Shown one piece after another: positions 1-5,405 of a stretch of DNA of 5,405 bases. The notes beneath the pieces were generated by a model. That model saw only the letters and a program-made list of their open reading frames with translations. It ran no database searches and was not told the origin of the DNA. The position numbers and the translations under genes are program-made. Source of the DNA: Paraspadella gotoi. Its lineage: Eukaryota > Animalia > Chaetognatha. Location: NCBI GenBank assembly GCA_051294375.1, contig JBJCIZ010001483.1:1-5405 (forward strand), in the 5' to 3' direction. Position 1 is the stretch's first letter. Every line of letters begins with the position of its first letter.

Positions 1-39
1 TATTTATATAAATGATATAACTTGCTTGAGGTGGCTACA
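1..39 (-). repeat. 5' end (U3) of the 3' LTR, truncated by the window edge
   Basis: It begins TGTAGCCA directly after the G-rich PPT, satisfying the TG...CA rule together with the end at 5366. Confidence 0.65.
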
Positions 40-50
40 CGCCCCCTTGT
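40..50 (-). promoter_or_regulatory. Polypurine tract (plus-strand DNA primer)
   Basis: ACAAGGGGGCG lies immediately before TGTAGCC, at the end of an AT-rich 3' UTR. The purine core is short (AAGGGGG, 48..42). Confidence 0.62.
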
Positions 51-237
51 CGAAATATATGTGGGTGAAACTAAGTAATAATTTCGATAAAAATTGTTTG
101 TCGTCACCGAATGAATGTTTGTATGAAAATATAATATATATGGGTATATACAACAAAATAAAAATCCAAAATATCGAAAGAAAACTTTGAAAAATAGAAA
201 CCTTCAGAAATTTATAACATTGAAAAAGGGATATTAT

Positions 238-768
238 CTAATATGAGGTTTGCAGTTTGAGTTCCACCGAGGATGCTGATGGAGGTATATGGATACTACA
301 ACTCCGGATGTCGGCGTCGGCGGCAACGGGGTTTTTGTTGTTGTTGTCGTTATTATTTTGGTTTTGCTGCCGTCGAAGCATTTCTTTTAGTACTTGTGCG
401 TATTTTGGTCTTTCGTTGTTGTTGTTGTTCATGTTTATCATGTCGTTGACGTTGTTAGTGTTTGTATTGATCTCCTGGTCGGTCCTGTGGAGTGGTCTGT
501 TCACAAGGTTCTCCGATGGAGGCTTCGAGAATCTCCACGTTGGCTCGTTCTCTTTCGCTTCGTTGTTGTTGTTATGATTTTGTTTTGAGGTTTCGAGTAG
601 TCGAGCGGAGAACGTAAGGAGAAGAAGAAGGTGGGAGGCAAAAAGCGTTGAGAAGGGGAGGGTGGGTTGGGAGAAAGGGGTAAAGTGTTGGGGGGGGGGG
701 GTTGGGGGGTAAGAGAGGGGAGGAGGAGGAGGAAGGAGGAAGGAGGAGGCAAGAGCGCGTTGAGCCAT
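238..768 (-). CDS. Putative ORF3, 176 aa, Pro-rich then Asn-rich low-complexity protein of unknown function; may instead be a frameshifted C-terminal extension of Pol
   Basis: The ATG is 15 nt after the pol stop on the same strand, and the frame is open back to 879. It has no recognisable domain, and the C/T- and AAC-rich composition makes long stop-free frames likely by chance. Confidence 0.35.
   Translation of the reverse strand: MAQRALASSFLLPPPPPLSYPPTPPPQHFTPFSQPTLPFSTLFASHLLLLLTFSARLLETSKQNHNNNNEAKENEPTWRFSKPPSENLVNRPLHRTDQEINTNTNNVNDMINMNNNNNERPKYAQVLKEMLRRQQNQNNNDNNNKNPVAADADIRSCSIHIPPSASSVELKLQTSY
331..582 (-). repeat. Three dispersed (AAC)n microsatellite patches
   Basis: (GTT)n runs on the plus strand at about 335-347, 415-429 and 562-573 all read as poly-Asn in the ORF3 frame. 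Confidence 0.8.
615..755 (+). repeat. G/A-rich low-complexity tract with G12 run, (GGA)n repeats and G-quadruplex motifs
   Basis: GGGGAGGGTGGGTTGGG is at 655-671. G-runs follow at 677-680, 690-701 (12 G), 704-709 and 717-720, and AGG/GGA repeats run from 719 to 749. Confidence 0.85.
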
Positions 769-782
769 CGATCTTGTTATTC

Positions 783-3700
783 TCAGTTGTTTCGGCTGGA
801 GTTTCGCGTTCGTAGGCCTGGTCGGCGACCCGGACGGCGTTCTGGGCGTGTCTGAGGCTCGTTGGCTTCCAGGATGTCTTCACTAATCCAAGCTGGCTTC
901 ACTTGAGCGATATTTACGACCTTTCGACCTGTGCTGGGGACGTCAATCGTCATGTTTAAACCATTTCTGTTGATTACGCGGTAAGGACCGTCGTACGGAG
1001 GTACGAGTGGGGGATTGATGCCCGCGCGCCTTATGAACACGTACTGAGCCGATTCGAGATTGACGGGGATGTGGACGGCCGGCTGCCGATGCGCTGATGT
1101 TGCAGTCGGCTGGAGTCTAGCAATTTCGACGCGGAGACTCGCGAGTTGGTTCTGACGTTGGCGTTGTAGATTGTAATCGTCGTTTTGACTGTTTCCTAAA
1201 ATACTACCGGGAACGCTGATTCCCTCGCCGAATACTAAGTCAGCTGCTGAGGCTCCGATGTCCTCCTTCACGGTCGTCCGAATTGCTAGGAGTGTAAGAG
1301 GCAGCTTCCAAAACCAGTTCTCGTTTTCATCTCGGGCCAGTGCCATCAGTGATTCTTTCAGGCGTCGGTGGAAGCGCTCGACTAAACCGTTGGCCTGTGG
1401 ATGATAGGCAGTGGTCATCTGATGTTTGATTCCCCACTGCCTCGTCAGCTGTTTCCAAAGGGCCGAGGTGAACTGTGTACCACGGTCCGTCGTAATTACT
1501 GCTGGAACTCCAAATGTAGAGATCCATTCGTGGCTTAGGGCATCGAGTATCGTTGGAGTGAGAGTGTCTCTTAACGGGATCGCTGTTGGCCATCGCGAAA
1601 ATCGATCTACGATTGTTAAAAGATGTTTAAACCCGTTTGAGCTGGGCATTTTCACCAGATCCAAATTTACATGTTGAAATCGTTTTGGAGGGATTTTAAA
1701 CTCCCCGATTTCAGGCACTACATGTCGGGTAATTTTTGCTCGTTGACATTCAACACACTCTCGAGCCCATTTTGTGACATCTTGCTTCATGCTCGTCCAC
1801 ACGAATTTCGCTGCTACTGCTTTCCGAGTTGCATCAACTCCTGGGTGTCCGAGTCCATGGATGACGTCAAAGATCTTGCGGCGCCAAGCTGCGGGGACAA
1901 AAGGCCGGGCTGGGCCGTTGGATATATCTGCTAGCAGTTGCTGTTCGCCGACTTGAATTTTTCTAAAGTTTAATCCCGATCTTGCATCTTCCGAGATTCG
2001 CTGGAAGTCGGGATCCAGACTTTGCTCTTTCGCCATCTGTTCAAAGTCTATTTCGAAGGTCGTTAGCGAGGCTATTACAGCCTGAGCGTCTTCTAAACGA
2101 TCGGGCTTAATCGGCTTCACCGCATTTTCAGCAAGCTGCTCGAGGGCCTGGGCGGGTGTGGTCGATTCGATCGTCGAGATTTTTCCTTCAATTTGAGCGT
2201 CATTTGGCTGCTGCTGGGCTACTGCGGCTGCTGATGATGCGTCTGAAGAAGAGCGAGCGTAGTTGTGTTGCTGGGGAGCTGCTGCAGCTGCTGATGATGC
2301 GTTTGGGCGGGAAAGAGCATCCGCGACGACGTTAGCCTTTCCCTTCAAATATCTGATATCCGTTGAATACTCGGCTATCACTGATAGCTGGTACGCCTGC
2401 CGAGCGGTTTGAGGTTCAGATTTCTTTTTGAGGGCGGGGATCAGGCTTTGATGGTCAGTATAGATGATAAAGCTGCGGCCTTCGATCCAGTGACGAAAAT
2501 GTCTGACAGCTCGGAAAACTCCAAAGAGTTCCCGGTCAAATGGGGGCCACAACTTCTGATTCTTTGCCAATTTGGCCGAAAAAAATGCCAATGGCTCCCA
2601 TCCTTTCGGGCCACGTTGCTCTAGTACGGCTCCTACTGCGTGATCCGAGGCGTCAGTTGTGACGCAGAGTTGCGCACCCGTTCGTGGATGATGTAGGAGG
2701 GCCGCCTGAATCAAACCTTCCTTGATGGCGTTGAAGGCCTGTTCGCAGTCGTCGGTCCAGTTGAGGCTCTTTGGTTTTCCGCTGAGGGCCTCATAAAGCG
2801 GTGCACAACGATGCGCGACCTTCGGGATGAATCGACGATAGTAGTTGACCATCCCGAGGAACCTTTGGAGTTCCTTGATCGTTGTGGGCTTCGTGGTCTG
2901 GCGAAGAGTTTCAACTCGTTCTGGAAGAGGGCGTACTCCATTCCTGTCGACGAGAAAACCGAGGAATTCCAAAGATTCCTGGCCCAGGAGACATTTTTTT
3001 GTATTGACGACAAGGCCGTTGGCGTCAAGTGCCTTGAAGACACTCTCGAGATCTTGCAGATGCTCTTCCGGTGTTGTTGACGCCACCAAAATGTCGTCAA
3101 GGTAGACGAAAGTGTGGGGTATGTCCCCAAGTATCTCGTCCATTAGGCGTTGAAAATCCTGCCCCGCGTTTTTAAGCCCAAAAGGGCAGCGGGGGAAAAC
3201 ATATAGCCCAAATGGAGTGATGACCGCTGTCTTCTTCACATCATCGGGATTCACGGGGATCTGATGATACCCCTTCAGGAGATCTATCTTCGAAAAGATA
3301 GTTTTTCCCTCCAGTTGAGCGTTGAAGTCTGTCAACAGTTTTACTGGATAGCGGTCGTCAATCGTCTGTGCATTGAGTCGACGATAATCTCCACAGCAGC
3401 GCCAGCCGCCATCCGGTTTTGCTACTACGTGGAGAGGCGAGGACCATTCAGATTTTCCTCGTTTCGCGATACCTAAGGAAACCATTTTCTCGAGCTCTCT
3501 TTTTGCAACTGCTAACTTCTCGGGGTCCAGACGTCGAGCACGTGATTGGCAGGGTCGACCCTCCGTAGGAATAGAGTGAGTAACGCCATGTTTGGGTTCT
3601 TTAAGCTCAAATGTTGGCGTTGAGAGTGAAGGGAAGGTTTCCAGCAGCTTATAGTATTTTTCGCCTTTTCTATCGACGAAATTCACATGAGTGGTTGAAC

Positions 3701-4112
3701 CGGATGAAATTGACGCTGCTATTGTCGAATAGTCTTGAAGATCCATAAGCAGGCCGTCTCGATGATTGGGCGCTAAAAAATTTTCGGCAAGAAAGTCTGC
3801 GCCGAGAATGTGCTGAGTGACATCGGCGACGACGAAATCATACACAAAACGCCGTTTCCCGAGAGTGACGGTCTTGCTGACAGTTCCAAAGCAGCTTATC
3901 GGCGATCCATTTGCCGCTTGAAGTTTCATTTCCGGGTTTTGACCACTTTGCCGCTGTTCACGAGTTGGAGGAACAATTGAAAGGAGGGCCCCGCCGTCCA
4001 CCAGCCATTTTATCCTACTCTCGGAGTCCCTAATATAAAGCAGATCATTTGTTGCTGGTGAACGTGACTGTTGTAGGGGGACGGCGTTCACCGCCGGCGT
4101 CCCCCTCTTCCG
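783..4112 (-). CDS. pol: Pol polyprotein: aspartic protease, reverse transcriptase, RNase H, integrase; probably translated as a Gag-Pol fusion of about 1465 aa
   Basis: The ORF (track 783..4172) is uninterrupted. Motifs in order: WLVDGGA...ILGADFL (PR); WSSPLHVVAK, GDYRRLN, FSKIDL, PFGLKNA, YLDD, FLG (RT); TDAS, DREL, TDH, NVVADALSR (RNase H); HHCC, D-D-35-E and GPY (IN). The start given is the first codon after the slip site. Confidence 0.97.
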   Translation of the reverse strand, partial: RKRGTPAVNAVPLQQSRSPATNDLLYIRDSESRIKWLVDGGALLSIVPPTREQRQSGQNPEMKLQAANGSPISCFGTVSKTVTLGKRRFVYDFVVADVTQHILGADFLAENFLAPNHRDGLLMDLQDYSTIAASISSGSTTHVNFVDRKGEKYYKLLETFPSLSTPTFELKEPKHGVTHSIPTEGRPCQSRARRLDPEKLAVAKRELEKMVSLGIAKRGKSEWSSPLHVVAKPDGGWRCCGDYRRLNAQTIDDRYPVKLLTDFNAQLEGKTIFSKIDLLKGYHQIPVNPDDVKKTAVITPFGLYVFPRCPFGLKNAGQDFQRLMDEILGDIPHTFVYLDDILVASTTPEEHLQDLESVFKALDANGLVVNTKKCLLGQESLEFLGFLVDRNGVRPLPERVETLRQTTKPTTIKELQRFLGMVNYYRRFIPKVAHRCAPLYEALSGKPKSLNWTDDCEQAFNAIKEGLIQAALLHHPRTGAQLCVTTDASDHAVGAVLEQRGPKGWEPLAFFSAKLAKNQKLWPPFDRELFGVFRAVRHFRHWIEGRSFIIYTDHQSLIPALKKKSEPQTARQAYQLSVIAEYSTDIRYLKGKANVVADALSRPNASSAAAAAPQQHNYARSSSDASSAAAVAQQQPNDAQIEGKISTIESTTPAQALEQLAENAVKPIKPDRLEDAQAVIASLTTFEIDFEQMAKEQSLDPDFQRISEDARSGLNFRKIQVGEQQLLADISNGPARPFVPAAWRRKIFDVIHGLGHPGVDATRKAVAAKFVWTSMKQDVTKWARECVECQRAKITRHVVPEIGEFKIPPKRFQHVNLDLVKMPSSNGFKHLLTIVDRFSRWPTAIPLRDTLTPTILDALSHEWISTFGVPAVITTDRGTQFTSALWKQLTRQWGIKHQMTTAYHPQANGLVERFHRRLKESLMALARDENENWFWKLPLTLLAIRTTVKEDIGASAADLVFGEGISVPGSILGNSQNDDYNLQRQRQNQLASLRVEIARLQPTATSAHRQPAVHIPVNLESAQYVFIRRAGINPPLVPPYDGPYRVINRNGLNMTIDVPSTGRKVVNIAQVKPAWISEDILEANEPQTRPERRPGRRPGLRTRNSSRNN
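891..1898 (-). other. Integrase: HHCC zinc-binding domain, DDE core and GPY/F module (approximate limits)
   Basis: H-GLG-H...C-VE-C spans 1859..1746. D is in NLDLV, D in TTDRGTQF and E in GLVERFH, with 35 residues between the last two. YDGPYRV has GPY at 989..981, followed by VKPA. No chromodomain is evident. Confidence 0.95.
2193..2303 (-). repeat. Degenerate in-frame tandem duplication (60-nt period) in the RNase H-integrase linker
   Basis: 2218-2242 gctactgcggctgctgatgatgcgt matches 2278-2302 gctgctgcagctgctgatgatgcgt at 23/25. The peptides NASSAAAAAPQQHNYAR and DASSAAAVAQQQPNDAQ are identical at 11/17. Confidence 0.85.
2307..2669 (-). other. RNase H domain, Ty3/Gypsy type (approximate limits)
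   Basis: The catalytic D-E-D-D residues are in TDAS, DREL, YTDH and VADALSR. Confidence 0.95.
2949..3491 (-). other. Reverse transcriptase domain (approximate limits)
   Basis: YLDD is at 3104..3093, the first catalytic Asp is in KIDLLKGYHQIP, and the blocks TPFGLY, PFGLKNA, KKC and FLGF are present. Confidence 0.97.
3768..4040 (-). other. Retropepsin-like aspartic protease domain (approximate limits)
   Basis: LVDGGALLSIVP carries the catalytic Asp codon at 3998..3996, followed by the flap LQAANGSPI and C-terminal ILGADFL. Confidence 0.88.
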
Positions 4113-4118
4113 TTTCCC
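4075..4118 (-). promoter_or_regulatory. Programmed -1 ribosomal frameshift signal (gag to pol)
   Basis: The heptamer G_GGA_AAC (4118..4112) is in the gag frame. A 5-nt spacer GGAAG follows, then the hairpin AGGGGGAC-gcc-GGCG-gtgaa-CGCC-GTCCCCCT (4106..4075). pol is in the -1 frame relative to gag. Confidence 0.9.
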
Positions 4119-5179
4119 TCGCGGCGTTTTTGCGTCTCCTCGTATTTGCTGCAGCCTGGTTCGCATGACCATGCGTCATCACCAAACTTGACATGCTTAC
4201 TGCATAGTGTGAGGAGCTTGCTTTTTGCTTTGCCTTTAGACTGATTTGGGCGCTTTTTCGAGTTGGCGTTTTTCCTTTGAAAATGGCCGAGGGCGTTGAT
4301 GGCGTCGTCGTCGTCTTCCGAGTCTGATGGTTGACGGCGTAGATGATTGCTCTCGACGTTGTTGACCAGTGAAGCATGTTGGCGAATCTTAAGGTTCCCT
4401 TCATTGTCATAATGCCGGTCTGCCAATTTGCACAAGTCGTTTGCGGATAATTCCTCGGACTTCTCCTCGAGTTGTCGACGGATTTCGACGGGCAGTTCGC
4501 GGAGAATTTTCTCTTTGCGTACGTCATCGAGTGTGAGGGTCCGAGTTTTCTCCTCCAATTGCGCCAGAATCTTCGACGGTTTGATGCCGTCGACTTCGAG
4601 ACTGTCGAGAAGGTGTGCTGCTTGCTGGCGTCGAGAGAGGCCATACTCCTGCCTAAGATACTGCAGAAACTGGATCCAAGCTTCCTCTGTGGTCTCGCCG
4701 AATAAAAATTGATTAATTTTGGGATCCACCTTCACTGCTATCTTTGATTCCAGGTGAGCGAACTTGGATTTTGGTGCGGTAATGCCAGCGCGAGTATAAG
4801 CTGCTTCCACTCTTCGAATCCAGATCTCGATGTTTGAAGAGTCGAAATCTGGCAGGTCCGGTTTCCTGTTGGATGCTCGTTCCAGGGCCCGCGTTGCCGC
4901 TGTTAGAGCGGCGCGTAGTTCCTCGTTTTCGCTGCGAAGTTCTCGATTGGCGCCGCCGACCTGTTGGTCGGTCGCCATGTCCGCGTTCGCGAAGTTGATG
5001 GCGTCGACTCTCTGGAAACTGAACGTCTGAGCGGCGTCGGCGTAGTTTGGAGACGTTGACCTTGAACGTCGTCCTCTTCCGAAGCCAAAGGGAACGTGAA
5101 GCGTCGCGGCGTCGGCCCGTGGCTCGTCGACGTCGCGTTGGGATGAGCGAAGGCGTTGACGGTATTCTGGATTGCTCAT
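4088..5179 (-). CDS. gag: Gag (capsid/nucleocapsid) polyprotein, about 363 aa from the first ATG
   Basis: The ORF precedes pol. It has an N-terminal capsid-type block KPDLPDFDSSNIEIWIRRVEAAY (LPxF...W...E pattern of this gag class), a likely coiled coil (NRELRSENEELRAALTAATRALE) and the C-terminal knuckle CSKHVKFGDDAWSCEPGC. The track start at 5260 is TTG. The first ATG is at 5179, and a stronger-context ATG (GACATGG) is at 4978, so the start is uncertain. Confidence 0.9.
   Translation of the reverse strand: MSNPEYRQRLRSSQRDVDEPRADAATLHVPFGFGRGRRSRSTSPNYADAAQTFSFQRVDAINFANADMATDQQVGGANRELRSENEELRAALTAATRALERASNRKPDLPDFDSSNIEIWIRRVEAAYTRAGITAPKSKFAHLESKIAVKVDPKINQFLFGETTEEAWIQFLQYLRQEYGLSRRQQAAHLLDSLEVDGIKPSKILAQLEEKTRTLTLDDVRKEKILRELPVEIRRQLEEKSEELSANDLCKLADRHYDNEGNLKIRQHASLVNNVESNHLRRQPSDSEDDDDAINALGHFQRKNANSKKRPNQSKGKAKSKLLTLCSKHVKFGDDAWSCEPGCSKYEETQKRREGNGRGGRRR
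4151..4204 (-). other. CHCC zinc knuckle (C-X2-H-X9-C-X3-C) of Gag nucleocapsid
   Basis: Translation gives C-SK-H-VKFGDDAWS-C-EPG-C. This spacing, rather than retroviral CCHC, is the described hallmark of CsRN1-clade Gag. Confidence 0.9.
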
Positions 5180-5350
5180 CGGGTCTTTCGCTTGCCGGAG
5201 GGTTGGTTGAGGGTTGTAGGGATGTGGGGCAGGAGGAAAAAGTGTGAGCAAATCGGGCAATCACGCTTAATTCCAATTCTCACCCGATCTTACCTCGGAA
5301 GTGATAATGTTGAACTTCTGCCCCGTTTGAAGGTTGGCTGTTGTTCTTTA

Positions 5351-5363
5351 GTCGGACTTACCA
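5351..5363 (-). promoter_or_regulatory. Primer binding site, tRNA-Trp-like
   Basis: TGGTAAGTCCGAC starts after a 2-nt spacer (CT) behind the ...GCCACA LTR end. It matches 10/13 positions of the canonical Trp PBS TGGTGACCCCGAC used by CsRN1-like elements. Confidence 0.72.
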
Positions 5364-5365
5364 AG

Positions 5366-5405
5366 TGTGGCAAGGTATCGAGGGACTTATGATGTTCATG
5401 AGGAG
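5366..5405 (-). repeat. 3' end (U5) of the 5' LTR, truncated by the window edge
   Basis: It ends in ...TTGCCACA just before the PBS and forms an imperfect inverted repeat (TGTGGCAA vs TGTAGCCA, 6/8) with the candidate start of the 3' LTR. The direct repeat itself cannot be seen in the window. Confidence 0.7.

Larger units (their letters stand above)
1..5405 (-). mobile_element. Ty3/Gypsy LTR retrotransposon, CsRN1-like lineage; complete internal region with only short stubs of both LTRs
   Basis: gag is followed by pol in PR-RT-RH-IN order, which is diagnostic of Ty3/Gypsy rather than Ty1/Copia. The CHCC gag knuckle, Trp-like PBS and GGGAAAC frameshift fit the CsRN1 lineage. A PBS and a PPT lie next to candidate LTR termini at the two window ends. 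Confidence 0.96.

Noticed and set aside
1-10. TATATAAATA on the element strand as the LTR TATA box
   Set aside because: It is only about 30 nt into U3, in AT-rich sequence at the window edge, with no downstream context to support it.
257-577. Plus-strand 106-aa hydrophobic ORF that looks like a membrane protein (also 394..588)
   Set aside because: It starts at TTG, and its Leu/Val runs are simply the antisense reading of the (AAC)n repeats, so it is a shadow ORF.
711-755. Long purine run as the element's PPT (also gaaaaaggg near 223-230)
   Set aside because: The purines are on the plus strand, antisense to the element, and are not adjacent to an LTR start.
501-785. Stop-codon readthrough of pol into the in-frame ORF 501..752
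   Set aside because: The pol TGA is followed one codon later by TAA (TGA GAA TAA), so two stops would need to be read through.
4113-4172. Independent ATG start for pol at 4172
   Set aside because: It lies inside the gag zinc-knuckle coding region upstream of a clear slippery site and hairpin, so frameshift expression explains the overlap better.
783-4172. Prokaryotic RT system (retron, DGR, group II intron, CRISPR-associated RT) or a true retrovirus
   Set aside because: The RT is embedded in a PR-RT-RH-IN polyprotein with gag, PBS and PPT. There is no repeat-spacer array, no template/variable repeat pair and no credible env gene.
5180-5260. Gag start at 5260 as given in the ORF track
   Set aside because: The codon is TTG, a bacterial-style alternative start. 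In a eukaryotic element the ATG at 5179 or 4978 is more plausible.
1327-5392. Numerous short alternative-frame and antisense ORFs overlapping gag and pol (e.g. 2711..3130, 4045..4644, 4713..5276)
   Set aside because: They have no recognisable motifs and are expected by-products of long coding regions of moderate GC content.

Overview
The whole window is the internal region of one eukaryotic Ty3/Gypsy (Metaviridae) LTR retrotransposon on the minus strand, most likely of the CsRN1/Kabuki/Boudicca lineage. In element order it contains about 40 nt of the 5' LTR end (...GCCACA), a tRNA-Trp-like primer binding site and a gag ORF with a CX2HX9CX3C (CHCC) zinc knuckle. A G_GGA_AAC slippery site and GC-rich hairpin then give a -1 frameshift into an uninterrupted pol (PR-RT-RNase H-IN with GPY module). 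After pol come a low-complexity 176-aa third ORF, an AT-rich 3' UTR, a short polypurine tract and about 39 nt of the 3' LTR start (TGTAG...). The core is a known type of element, not a new system. The less ordinary points are: a third ORF in the -1 frame of pol that overlaps the pol end without stops; a dense G-quadruplex cluster on the cDNA strand behind pol; a DGG protease active site; a roughly 80-aa RNase H-integrase linker with a 60-nt tandem duplication; and a PBS that departs from canonical tRNA-Trp. All calls come from reading motifs by eye, and no database search was run.
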